A stretch of 64,000 nt of DNA from Ascidiella aspersa (GCA_963924565.1 OZ004608.1:12710001-12774000); one strand, 5' to 3'. Positions 24,501-38,300 are shown, counted from the stretch's first letter. A program made the numbers and translations. The notes: generated from the sequence alone by a model not told the origin.

Positions 24501-27500
24501 TCAACTTCTGTTTTAATTAACTTTGTTAGCGATACATCTACGGGATATTCTGGGATTCTTATCCAGTGGACCACAGTCGGTAAATTACGTAGGCTAATAG
24601 TTAATTCATCGTTTAATAATTATAAGCCGGGCCAGAAGGAAAGCGTCCAAAGCACAATTAAAAAACATATGAGATTATATTTCGTATCCATATTTCTACC
24701 GTAACTGTTGTAACTAAATTGGATTTAGTAGAATTTAATGAAAGTTTAAATTACGTGGGTCAGCATGGGCACCGGGTGACTTCAGCATTTTGCCCTGTTT
24801 TTCCTTTCTTATTATGGCGGCATCATAATTTCGTGCATGCGTCGTACAATTACAATAGGAGACTTTTCAATGAATATAGCCGCGATGCAGGAAAAATAAA
24901 ATTAGAAAATGTGTTTTTGTAGATCGCTGCACTAGCAATGAGTACACATGCTGGGATGGAACTTGCATACCGTTAAGTCAAAAATGCGACGGCACCAAAC
25001 ATTGCTCGGACGACAGCGACGAAATTGAATGCGGTAATTAAACGTGTTTCTTGGTTCTGTCAATATTACGATAGTTATAATTTAAATTAGGTCCTTCGTA
25101 TTAGTGATTTATTCTTGTTTTTCTCAGAGCAGCCAGTGATGTTATTAAAAAAATACATTTTCAATGCCACCTACCAGAAACTACCTAAATGCTTGTTTCT
25201 TTTTATTAGTCCAAACATCTACCACAAGCGATCAGTGCGGCAAAGTTCAAGTTGCGCCACAGTTTTCTTGGGTAAGTGAGTAAGCTCATAAGTTTTTATC
25301 TTCTTGTTGGTTGCAAAACTCTTGTTGAAAGAGAATACGAACCAAAGCAAAGCGAAAGTAAAATAACGGCAATAAAAAGTAGACAACCTTTTACGCAACG
25401 TATAAAGTATGTAGACTATACCATACCTTCGGAACCGCAAAGGTAAGTCACATGCCAAATGGATATATTTTGTCGGGCTTTGTATAGGCCTGACATTAGG
25501 AAATAAGGAGTGTGCGGTACAATGTTAAGCAAGGGTGTGTAACCTTGATATTCACTCGTCAAAATGTATTTCTTATCGACCATTTCCTTATGGATTCATC
25601 TCAAGTAAAGTACTGGAAACCCAAAGTAAATTTTGTGAACCCGACTTTGGAAAAAAAGCTGCTGTTTAAAACCTTATACTAAAGCGCCAACATATTTAAA
25701 CAGGTTTAGTTTTTTTCGGCAGTTTTGCAGATAAAATGCTTGACAGATTACCTGTACGACTAACACAGTTTGTTTAATGTTCCATAAAGCTATGCGTTTT
25801 AGAGCAGGTCTGAACAACATAAGGCCCACAACCTTTAAATGCGGCCCGCCTGAGTCCCACAATGGAATAACAATTTTTCGAATTTTTCGGATAATCGACT
25901 ATGTTTTAAATTCGGCCCATGTGTCATTCTGAGTTGTGCACGCCTGCTTTAGCGTATTCGTGTTGCAGGCTTGAAACTTAACCCTGGCCCGTTCGACATA
26001 TGTTCGCTGCGATTTAAAGCACCAAGTCAAATCAAAGACCCTTGCGTGTTTCTTTAAAAGCTTTTAATTTGGTGCGCGTAGGATCCACGAATCGTCGGCG
26101 GTAACCAGGCGATCGCCAACTCTTGGCCCTGGCAGGCGGCCCTTATCAAACCTTCAACCGGGACTTTATTTTGCGGAGGCGCCATCATTAAAGAAAGGTG
26201 GATTCTGACCGCTGCTCACTGCATTGACAGCGTATCAACGACCGGCATTTTCAGGTTACTACAAATCTTAAAATTGTAACGTTCTAACCTAACAGTGTTT
26301 GTAGCGGTAAGCCGGAAACACACAATAAGAACTAAAAGGAGCTATACCTAAAGCATAAAAATCTACAAAACCATAGTATTAAGACCAACGACATAATAAA
26401 GCCAAATACGCAGTAATATCCAGTACAGAATAAGATCGAAATCGTATGAATAAGACATGAATCTGTCAGAATACGTCCTAAATTCGTAGGAATAATACCT
26501 AAATGGCCAAAATAACGCCTAAAACTGCAGGTGGAGGGTATGGGACGGTCGGGAGCCGTCGGTCTGACATCGTTCGTTTTGGTGTTGACGTTAGGACGCC
26601 TTAGTTTGACTGGCGCCGTTAGGGCGCCACTGTGTCAGCACAGGATTTTTATTGTCGGCCCTGTTTGCATGGGGTCATTGGTTGATTTTATTCCGAACTG
26701 CGTTTTATTACGACGTCGATGTGGTTCTTATTTCGGTTTTATGGGTGGAGTTCGGTAAGCCGTTTTTAAATTCATTTGTTCTCTTTTTAAAGCTGCTGAT
26801 ATTATATGAAATCATTATCTTGAATATTACATAGAATAAAGTAAATTCCGTCGAATATTGCCGAGGAAAACAAATAATACTATAGAAATCGAAATAAGTT
26901 AATAAAAGATACTTCATAAAGCTCACTAGCTTTTGTTTAGTTTTTCTGGATATCGAGGTTTGCTCACCGATTAAAAATTACGTTTTATCTTTACGTTTCA
27001 CTGTAGTACATTGGATTTGACTGTTGAAGTTGGAAAGCATTCATCTACAAATCCTGGAGAACAATCCATTGTAGCCGACCAAGTCATAATTCATTCTTCT
27101 TACACAACGTAAGTTTTACTCAGCCGGTTATACCTAAAAATCGCATTTGTTTGTTTTATTTTGATTACCTTGTCGGTTGTTAGCTATATGTAAACATTTT
27201 AATTTTACACTTATTAAAGTTCATGATTGTGTTTTCAATTGAGAACTTGTTCGATCAAAAAATTATTTGAGTGAGACCGAATGAACAAGAGGGTTCGGTT
27301 GTTTTTTGCATCATTTTTTTAATACGTTCTTTTCGCAGAGTTTCCAAGGGTTTTGATATTGGTGTAGTAAAGCTAACGACAAGTATTAGTTACGGCACCA
27401 ACGTCCGTCCCATTTGCATACCCACGGTCAATGATGGAGCCGATTCCAGTCAACAAGGAATAGCCACAGGATGGGGTTATCTGGGTGAGTTGGAAATCGA

Positions 27501-30420
27501 TATTTTTAAACACTACATCAACTAACCATGCATTAATACACTTCGGTTTCTTCGTTTAATGATTATGGCCGCTATTACAAAGGCCGTCTACCAATAAAAG
27601 GTGTATTGAACCACTTGTTTGCCGCGAACATCTTGGATCAAAGGCGTAAAAATTGAAGTTTGATTTATTTACCTTTTTCGGCAATCTTTTTTAAACCACT
27701 ATAGTTGTTTTTCAAAATCGCCGCGTTTTTGTTTTCTTAAAGTTTTATTTAACATTTAATCTATTACAATTCAATAATTTTCAATGTTATTGATGGCATA
27801 ACTACAAAACGTATTTTGTAAAAACCAAACCACCTTGGAAGTTACCCAAGCATTGAATACTGTAATGCGCAGACAAAGGAAACACGTAAAATTATTCAAC
27901 TTTAATAATAATAAATAGATGTAAACTCAACATTTAAGCTTATTGAAATATACTATGTTGGATACCAGGTAATGTAAACCGTGTTCACTGCCTTTTAGTA
28001 AACATAATTGCCGAGTCCTTTATAATACAACCAACACGCCATAATAAAGTGTAGGACAGATATCATTTTCTTATGTGCCCCAGTCTAGAGGTTGTGGTTC
28101 CGAAAGGTTTCATAACGTTTTGTTCCTTACTGCACAGCTTCGGACGGCGCCCAGCCCGATTACCTAAACCAGGTCCGACTTCCGATCCTGACAAACACGG
28201 AATGCGCAGCGGCGATCCCCGCCGTCACCATTTTGTCGTCGCAATTATGCGCCGGCAGCATCGCCTATGGTGGCGTGGACACATGCCAGGTGAAATGTCG
28301 ATATTGGGTTAATCCGTATAGGCCTAGTTGTTTGTAACTGCCAGTGTTGTAAAAGAGTTTTTTGAAAATGACTTAAGACCCAGTCACGTTACTCGTAAAA
28401 TAACTTAAGTCCAAGTCAAGTCTTTTTCAATAAATGACAAGTCAACTCCCAGTCTAAGTCATCGGTTGCCAAAGTCAAGTCCCAGTCAGTTAATAGTTAG
28501 CAAGACCCCTTCAAGTCGCACCCTTATCACAAAAATAAAACTCTGAATTATGAAAACTGGCAAACTCCTCCGATTATGAGCAATTCCTCAAGTAAAACAC
28601 ATAGACGCAACATATAGCAAGCAAATTGCAGTGTTGTAAACAAGTCATTTTGAAATAACTTAAGTCCCAGTCAAGTCATTCGTAAAATAACTTAAGTCCA
28701 AGTTAAGTATTTTTGAATAAATAACAAGTGAAGTCCCATTCCAAGTCATCGGTTGCCCAAGTCAAGTCCCAGTCAAGTCATAATTAGAGCAAGTCAACTT
28801 CAAGTCCAGCCCTTGTCAAAAAAAATAAAACTTTAAATTATGAAAACCAGCAAACTCCTCCGATTATTATGAACAACTCAAGTAAAAAATAACATAAAAG
28901 CAGCATATTACAAGCAAATTCTTTTATGTTCAAAGATTGGGATAAATAACGCAATTTTATAAATAATTGCTTAATTAAAACAAATTATTTTAACCCAAGT
29001 CATTTATCCAAATGACTTAAGTCAAGTCAAGTCATTTGCCCAAAAGACTTAAGTCAAGTCAAGTCATTCTGCTCAAAAGACTTAAGTCAAGTCAAGTCAT
29101 TTAAAAACAGTGACTTAAGTGCACTTAAGTCAAGTCATTGACTTAAGTCATTACAACACTGGCAAATTGTTTTATTTGCAAAGATTAGGATAAATAACGC
29201 AATTTTATAAATAATTGCCTAATGAGAACAATTTATTTTAACCCAAGTCATTTGTCCAAATGACTTAAGTCAAGTAATTTTGCCAAAAGTCATTTGAAAA
29301 CCGACGCACTTAGTTCAAGTCATTGGAAACCAATTTTTAATTAAATTGTTTCTTTCTTACGCTGGATGGTTTAGCCAGTTTTGACGATGTAGGTTTTACG
29401 ATATTTTCAGTAGAACCAAAAAGCGACGCCGCATCGTAACCTCACGTCTACAACTCCTCACTTTAAACGTAAATGCATTTAGACAAAAAATGCCTTTCTG
29501 GGATAAATAATATGAAAACAAACTCTCAAAGCTTAAAATATTTATAGGGAGGTATTTTATGTTTTTAATTCTTGCGGTAACCCTAATGGGAATATTTTGG
29601 CCCATCAAGGCACTTGAAAACTATATTTTTTACCTCGTTACAGAGTTTTAAGGGTATTAGCAAAACGCGCGAACATTGGCTCTGGCTATCTACAACAGGT
29701 CTGTTAGCGTAATTTATCTTAAAACCAATATGCAAAAATGTTTAGGGCGATTCCGGCGGACCTTTAGTTGTTCTTGTTGGTGAAACAACGTGGTACATAC
29801 TTGGAATTACGTCATATGGTTCGGGTTGTGCATCACCGAATAGCCCAGGTGTCTACACACGAGTCTCGTCGTATAACTCTTGGATTGAAAGTAGGTTGAC
29901 AAAAATTGATTTAAAGCGGCTTCGATATTGCAAGTAAAGTTATTTACAAGACTTCTCTAGTATTACAGATAGTGTACAAAAAGAGTCAAAGGGTTTGACA
30001 CTTAATTTATTTTTTTAATCTAATTAAGGATTTCCGAACCTTGACATTTTTTTCCAATATCAACTTTTTTAAAAAAAGTATCGTAATCCTAAAAAAAAAA
30101 AACGACTTCTCTTTCTATGCTCAAATAAGCGAAATGAAAAATTAAAACCTTCAAAGCTAATTTGTCCGTGTTATCAACACAAAACTGGCTTTTTGATGAA
30201 TTAACCTTTTAATGTAAATATCTTAGCGTTAGATCGCAAACCATGACTGATATTCTTTCTATCCGATATAACCGGACATCCTCAAATTTAAATGTAATTT
30301 TTACTTACCTTTAATTTCTTTTCAGCCGCCACATCGAACGCATCTACCACTCGCAAAGCGGTGTGTTTTTGGTTGGCAGAAGTTTTGCTGTTCCTAGCAT
30401 TGTTTAGTTTCAGTCTCTAA
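21502..30420 (+). CDS. Complete secretory-pathway CUB-LDLa-trypsin-like serine protease with a predicted GPI-anchor signal (about 477 aa, 13 coding exons)
   Basis: Exons 21502-21550 ([16 protein letters not shown] signal), 21830-21886, 23135-23253, 24151-24240, 24447-24579 (CUB), 24923-25033 (LDLa), 25210-25271 (QCGK..FSW), 26082-26254 (DPR-IVGG..WPWQ..AAHC), 27007-27108, 27339-27484 (FDIGVV), 28138-28289 (VDTCQ), 29746-29890 (GDSGGP), 30326-30420 ([31 protein letters not shown]). All phases match; total 1434 nt. Confidence 0.92.
23497..23836. mobile_element. hAT-type MITE
   Basis: TIRs cagtggttctcaacc / ggttgagaaccgctg. Confidence 0.75.
28342..29325. mobile_element. Older GACTT MITE with a younger copy of the same family nested at 28629-29161
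   Basis: The inner copy has TIRs cagtgttgtaa / ttacaacactg and perfect TSD gcaaattg; the host sequence resumes collinearly after it. Confidence 0.85.
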
Positions 30421-30744
30421 TATATTTGTCCGTTAAAGAAATTTGTGAAATGCGTGACTTGTGCCTATTAAAAAATGTTTTTGAGCAAGCAACGCTTTTT
30501 TTTGTATTGTGGTCCACGGGTTTACCTTCAACTCCACTTGTTGTACGACTGTGTTTATTATTCGATACTTTTACAACTATTGTGACTTTTATCGGATGTC
30601 TATGCATGTATACATAGTGTTTTGTGAACATCTCTTTCATTTTTATTGATTCTTTTGTAATACGAAAAGTTCAGTTCATGTCTTAAGCATATGCACTGTG
30701 ATGTTAGTAAATATATATATAACATAATGTAATACCGTGATGCA

Positions 30745-30750
30745 AATAAA
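30745..30750 (+). promoter_or_regulatory. Candidate polyadenylation signal of the GPI-type protease gene
   Basis: AATAAA about 325 nt downstream of the stop codon; the hexamer is common in AT-rich DNA. Confidence 0.35.
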
Positions 30751-31330
30751 TCTAAATTAATCATTACTGTTTTTTTATTACTGTGTCGGGATGGCGAGAG
30801 CATAAAACTATTTCTTATTGACTTTAAATTATTGTGAAATCGCGTTAAGTTTTATCTAATTTAAATAGATAAAACGTTGTTTGATATCTTTCTCGGAGAA
30901 AATGTATTTATCGTTCCAACTTGAACTGAATTTACATTATATTATATTCCGCTTTACAGAAATATTTTTATTATAGGCCTATACTTGTTAACTGTGTAGC
31001 CAAAAGATCATGAGTATCGTAGACTTATCTTATGTATGTCGCCTTTTAAACCAGATAAATACTCTTTTTTTATCAGATACACAATCAAATGGTTTAAAGT
31101 TTTATTTTAAATTCATGAGAGAAAGGTCATTAATTGACCAAAAAAAATATTATTTTTACTAAAATAAAGTACTTTTTCGTATTTTTATTATACCCCCTGT
31201 TAGTCTTTAAATGATCATAATTATGTTGTACAGTTGTAGTTTATATATATGACAATATTTTACAGAATAATTATTTTTGTTATGAATGGCCGATATATTT
31301 GGATTCTTGTATATTAAATTTTAAATCACT

Positions 31331-31710
31331 AGGCGTAAGTGCACTTAAGTCACTGCTTTAACAGACTTTACTACGTTTTACGCAAAATAACTTGGTTTGA
31401 CTTTAGTAAATTGGATAAATGGCCTGACACTTTAAGCCATTTACGCAAATACCTTGACTGAAATATAAGTGCTTTAATTGACTACATTTTAGCAGATATT
31501 GTCTCTCATTTGCGTTTTAAATGTTTGCCAAGCAATTTTTTTCTCAGAATGGAACGTATCCACCGATTTTCTAAGTATAATTTTATTTTGTAAGATAATA
31601 ACGTGTGTTGAAATTGACTTGTTTCGTAATGATTAAAGTTTGACTTGCTATTTTTATGAAAATGACTTGACTGGCACATTATTAATTTCAAATCGACTTT
31701 ACAGAACTGT
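31331..31710. mobile_element. Highly degenerate GACTT MITE copy between the convergent genes
   Basis: taagtgcacttaagtcactg and scattered gacttg units; no intact termini. Confidence 0.55.
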
Positions 31711-32325
31711 ACATTTGTACCAAGTTTTTAACAAAGAGTGTGTCACCTTGCTAATCAGCCAGTTTCATGGCTGGTTGGCTGCATTTCTGTTCTGTCTTGT
31801 AAAAAACGTCAATACATAATTAACCCTTAAACAAATAAACAAGTTTAGCTGCTTGGAATATTTTTATTCTTATAATATTAGGCAGAAACGAACTATGCTG
31901 AAGGCAAACTGCAATTGTAAGTGCAACAAAGCCGGCAAAAAAACAATATCAACATCAGTGACATGTAGCTCATTGGTTTTTGGCGCAATGCTCAGTTAAA
32001 ATAGTTTTTGTATTGCAGTAAATACGCATTAAGCATAAAATAAAGCGAACGTAAAGCCATAAATGCGATATTGCTGATACACTCCTACATTTTTGCTCGA
32101 CCGGCCGTGTTTGGAAACGTTTAAAGTTAATGAAAAAAAATATTTTAAAAACATTGTCTTGGTGATACAAAAATGGTTTTAGATGACCTTAGAAACTCCA
32201 TTGATGTCGTGTCAAATTTTTCAAAAAAATTTAATCTTTCCATATTTTAAATAAAATTTATTGTTTGCTTGTTTAAAGGCTATACTGCGGCTACACGTCA
32301 ATCGTTGTGCGAATTCTGTATATTC

Positions 32326-35300
32326 TTATAATATTTCCCTGCCCGAACCACCTTCCGTTAAATCATCGTCGTCGAAAAAGATATCTTTGAATCCTTTCGG
32401 TTTGATCATGTCTTTGAGTGCACGAACAAACACGTCATCCACGTTTTCGGTCGGTTCAACCTGGTCATGTATGTCCAGGTGAGGGTCGATGGCGTTTTTA
32501 TCGCTGGAGTGAGAGTTCTGCGACTGGTAAACGACGCTTTCATCACCCTGGCCATCTAAACAACACATCGATAGAGCAAGTTTAAACAAGGTAAAAGCAG
32601 CACAACCACCGTTATTTTATGAAACTTTATGAAGGTTTGAAACACAAAACACGTTTTTTTAGTCATTTCAATAAAAATATTAAAAACACTGTTGATGACA
32701 CGAGGTGATGCCGAAACGTCTGTAAACTGTAAAATGTCGACTGTATCGAATATTATGGCTTTAATATTTTTATTGAAATTTGTGAACGTGCACCATTACA
32801 AAAACGAACAAATAAGGCGAATAAAGCAAAATTAGTGAATTAACATTTTTTTTTAATTTTTAATGCCCGAGTTTGTATAAGTTCGAACAAATTTACCGTA
32901 GAGGGTGTGCGATCTCAGGTATGCAGCATCTTGCGACTTCGGTTTCGCTGCGTTTTCTTTTCTCAGATTTTCACCAGCAGAGAAATCGTAATTTCTCTTA
33001 CGATACACGTAATAGCTGTTTCCCAAATCGTTTTCGCCTGGAGGAAGAAAACATTTAATGTCGCACGCTGCTTATTTAGGATAAGTTAAGAAAATATTAA
33101 AAAAAAATTCCGAGGACCACATTTGTTATATCACTATGTAAAGTTTTCAGTCTGTTAAGTTAGTTGTAGTTATAAAATATTTTACCTGGTATCACCTCTA
33201 GGCTTGCTGAAGCGCTTGCAACACCGTACATGTTTTTCGCTATGCATTGATACGAGCCTGCGTGGACCGGTAAGACTCCCCCAATCTCGAGCCAGCTGGT
33301 TACCTGATACTTAAGGGGTCCACTGCGTATCTACAAACAATTTAAACATGTAAAACCTAGAAGATTAAACTCTCTGTCAATCAAATGCAACTTTTCTAAG
33401 AAATCACTTTAACAGCAAGATTTTTTGCTGCTCTAAACCCCGACAGACGTTTAAAGGTATTATTTAAATACCGGCACCTTCTCGCTTTGCATTTGAGTAG
33501 GATAAATCTCTTAGATCCTAATGTAAAATATATTACGTTAAATAAAATGTACGTCGTCGTTGCAAAGCAACTTTAGCATGGTTGATGAATAAAGCAAAAC
33601 TCCGATCAACTGTATATTCATCAGAGGTATTACATATTACAAAACAAAAGATACAAATGATTGTATAGAATGAATTTTCGTACCTATATGTAGTTTATGT
33701 ATATATATATATACAACATCCTCACCTGTATCGTTATGTCGTCGCTGATGCCCGGTTTAAAGACGCTTTCCCCGTTTACGAGCCACTCGAACCAAGCCAG
33801 TGGGTAGCCAGACACGGAGCAACTATACACGGCCGTGGTTCCCATTTCTGCTGTTTGATTCATGGGAGGGATCTCCACTGCTGGCGCTGCAGAGCAAAAA
33901 AATGACATAAGCTTAAGGTCACTGATGGTTACATTGCTTTCTTGAAACCTAACATTGCGCTTGAACCTAAATTCTTGCTTATTGTGATAGGTCGTTGTTT
34001 GGACCTATTCGCTGCCCAACATTAGCTTTAGCAATCGGATCCATAATATTTCCCTAAAATATCACATTTAACAGTATCAGTACAGTATAAGACCGAAGCA
34101 CGGTCATTTTCTGGCCTGAAATTTTGTCCACTATCTTTAAAGTGCCCTTTTGTAAGTAGTTGGTCGAAAACTCACGAAAAAAAAATTGGCCCAGGGTTGT
34201 TCGTAGGGTAAATGCACATTTTTTTATCTGCTGTGCATCGAAGTGTAACCCTGTGGCCTAATTGGTCATCGGCAGCTTCATTCGGGTAGGCCGCGAGTCT
34301 AACCCGTGTTTACCAATTTGTAGTGATGCAGGTCGGTCGCACGAAAAGTGATTTTCTTCTAAACCTCGATGTTTATCGATACATTACTGTGTCCTAACGA
34401 CAAAAAAGTGAAGGGCGTTGTTTGCTCTTATACCTGAAATTGCGTTATTTGTGGCTAAACAATGTTGTTTGTGGCCGAGTCCGAAAATTTAAACTATGCT
34501 CAGCGGTTTGCCGTGAAAAGGAAAATGCGCAATATTGTTTACCTCGTAGCAAAGTGTTCTCAACCTATGCACCCGATCCGTCAGAAATAAGTGCAGTTCT
34601 AAGTAAAAAGTTCTACGACAATTAGGGCAGCACCCTAACCCAAATAATGTGCGTTGATTTAGTAATTAGGCTACATGAACGCTTTAGGTCCCAATACCTC
34701 AATTTGTGACGTAACAATCTTTTCACCTTGGACGAGAAACTATCTTATGCCCATCGATTTTGGGCTTTTTCCCCAGCGTTAAAATAATTATTACGTTAAC
34801 GTAAATTATTTCAGTTAGGGTTCGGGTTAGCGTTTGGGTTAAGGTGGGTCAAGTGTTATTAATTCCATCTAACACTTTTTGTAATCTTTTGTGAATGTTC
34901 AACGAATATTTTCAATTTATCTACACCGGGAGTTTACCCCATGGGCCAAATTAGTGCATTGCCACGACCTCAAAGTCTAAAAGTCGGACTTTTCTGCGCT
35001 TGTATGCCCTAATTATCGTAGACCTTTTTGCTTAGAAATGAACTAATTTCTGACGGATCGGGTGACCGACCAAAATATGGCGAACTAAAATTGGGTCGCC
35101 GTTTGATCTGGTTGGGTCCCTGTATTCGAACTTGTTTATGCTAATGTATAATGCTATGTTCGCTTACAAGAAGTTCAGCGAAGAGAATTGGGTTATCAAA
35201 GCTTTGTTGTTATACTTAGGCTCCGCCGTCGGGGTTGAGAAGCACCATCGTGGAATAAAGGGCACACAAATGTAAAACTGAGTAGATTTTTTTCAAAATG

Positions 35301-38300
35301 TAATTTTTTAAACATTCCTCAGTACCCTTGTTATCTTAAATCTGAATATCTTATAAAAAATGTTTTAAAGGGGTGTGTAAACCTTCAGCGTGGGATTCGC
35401 CGCAGAATCTTCACTCACGCGTTTTAGCGATCGTGGAGGTTCCGCCGCGTTGGGAACGCGTCTCCGCTTTGACACGCGCCCCAAGCTCGGAATGTAAATA
35501 ATCCGCCGGCTAAACTGTGTAAACTGGGGCGTCTCACGCGTTTGCACGCACCCAAGGATGCCAGTCGACAGCTGTTCAGTACCTCGCCGCACGCCATGTG
35601 ACGAACGGGATTCAGATTTGCTCTAACCAAAATATCGCATCTGAGCGTATTAATCTAGCATCCTTGCTGCATAACCTGTAAGTGTAAAAGGTAAAGGAAT
35701 AATCAAAATCGCTGTTGGCAAATGCCGACGGAAAATAAACGGAAAAGCTTGTCAATAAAAAGATATTATCAATACAAGCCACGTGACAAAATCCGCCCGG
35801 TACATTATTTTCTGAATTGCAGCAACAGCCAAATTATTTCTTCTAAAATATTTTTGACAAATACATTTTTAGTTCAAAAATTTAGCCTATCGAACGACCA
35901 CCGTTAATTTCAGAAGTGAAAACTTATTTGTTGCGCTATATGCATCTAATATACCGAAGCATGTTTTTCTGTGATTTTTTATGTCATCGCATCTGACCGT
36001 AAGACCGTAACGGCTTCAACCGTGCCACAGATACACAAGGAAATATATAGCGTGTCTGGAATCACATACGGTTCGAGTCATACTGACCAACCAACGATAA
36101 GTGGCATGTGATAATGAGTCAGTTAGGACTAGCTCCAACACAAATATTAAACCTGTCCGTTAAGGTTGGTTCACACTATAGACGCGACTGGCGTTAACGT
36201 AAACGTTTTTTTAAAGTTAACGTAAACGTTTTTTAAAATTTGCTCTAACTGAAATATCGCACCTGATCGTATTAGACCGTAACGGCCACAGCCGTACCAC
36301 GGATACACAAGGAAATATAGCGCATCTGGAATGAGATGCATTATGCGCCGTATGATTAAAGTATACAGCGTCGCTAAAACACAAACATCACGTCTGTCCC
36401 CAAAAGCTTGAACAATACCACCGATACACAAGCCCCTCTGTATTCCATAACTTTTGGCCGCTAAGTTAAACGCCAATTATTTCGGCCGAAGGTCTTACTC
36501 CAAAGTTGTGCAATGTACGCTAGAAGGTGTTGGAATATCACGGGTCGGCAACTTTCCACTCCAGATGACACTGGCGCTTTTGCAAGTTTTCCTGCCAGAG
36601 ATGGTTAGCTGTAATAAACTGGGAGTCTCATGAATCTGAAATGACAAACCTTAGAAGTAAAATAAATTCGATTTCGGTACACCTGATGATAGGACAGTGT
36701 ATACACTTTTGGAGGACGAACCGAAATCATTCTCTGTTTGAATACAACCAGAGAACCCTTAAAAGTGCTTGTCCGACGTGGCTTCCTGTCAAATCCAGGT
36801 TTAGATAAGTCTTCCCGAGGATATTTATTTAACAAAGTACAAAAAGATCCTTCAAAGATACAAAAGTTAAAATGGTATATGCGCAGTAGGCGGAAGTGGC
36901 CAGTGACGCGTATGTTCTTTTGAGTACGGCGTGTTTCTTTCGAAGTTTTTGTTTCCGGCATGTTATGAAAATGCGATTAAGGCACGTTCCTCGATCGCTC
37001 GTATGCAAACATCGCAGTTTGCCGAGGCCGGTTGTAAAGCGGCGTTCGCTCTGTGAAGGTTCGTCGAAGTCAATATTGGTGCGCACCTGATGCCACAGCG
37101 CGCGCGTTCAAAGCAAAGGGTTTTGCGCCCTCGATCATGTAAACCGCCTTACGTTGTGTAATGTACCCAAGACAAACACTCGTCGGACCCAAACCACAAA
37201 ACACGAGGTCAAAACCCGGCGATTCACTTTTTGCACGAAAGCAATGTAAGCAGGTTGAAACCATTACAAATGAAAAAGCATTACACGTGGAAAGGATTAC
37301 AATGTAAGCATTACAAATCGTTTTTTGGCAAAGGTCGCGTGCGCCTTTACGGACAGTCGGACATGCACGAAATGAGTCACGATGGCTTGCAAGATTTTCT
37401 CACAATGCCTACCCAGATCGAATGACGGTATAAGTGCTCGACGAGCGAAATGAAGCGCCCGTGAGCGGCGGCAAACTTTTACCCGTTTATGATCAGATTA
37501 CGCCGCAACCCGTAACCGCCAGACCGTGGCCAGAGTCTGTCCGATGATCGACCGAGCGTAAAAGAAACATGGCGGCTTTGCCCTGAGCCGTTTTACCTGT
37601 TTGTCTTTTTATCGCCGCGCCGATTACGATCGGAACAGGGTAAATGTGGCGCGGGTCAAAGTTTGCGATCCAAAATTGGCCGCGCCCATGTGATAAGAGA
37701 TCGACATGCAGAAAGGCCGCTGGTTCTTGTACGAAAAATCTCTCAGATATGTTTAACGTAATGCTGGGAATCTTTGCCCACCAAACGAAATGGAAGACAA
37801 AAACACGAACACTTAAAGCGACTTTGGCGAAAGCGACCGGCGCAGGACAATTGGAAATAGGTCGTAAAAACTGCTTTAACAAATAAAATGTAACGTATAT
37901 GTTGCTAATGATGCATAATTCAAGTCTTTCAAAACACCTCCTCAGAAGCAAAAGGTTGTAGGCATTGTGTGGTGTAACTTTAGTAATATAATCAAAACAA
38001 AGGCCAAAAGCTCGGCTCTTCTATTTCCCACCGACTGAAAACGTTCACACGCAGGGTGATTTCTAGTATTAATTTAGCATCCGTATTGTATAACCTGTAT
38101 AGGAATAATTGAAAACGCTTTAGGGAAATGACGACGGAATTTAAACGGAAAAGCTTGTTATTGAAAAGATATTAACAAAACACGCCACGTGACAAAATCC
38201 GTCCGATAAGTTATCTTCTGAATTGCAGTAAAAGTCGAATTATTCCTTCTATAAAACAACTGTTACAGATATATTTTTGTAGTTCAACAGTTTAGCCTGA

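Noticed and set aside
36683-36730. CTGATGA...GAAA as a second hammerhead
   Set aside because: No closing stem II and no suitable stem I/III pairing.
36171-37951. Cluster of 60-152 aa ORFs in the KAZALD1 intron
   Set aside because: No recognisable domain, and they overlap on both strands; best explained by locally higher GC.
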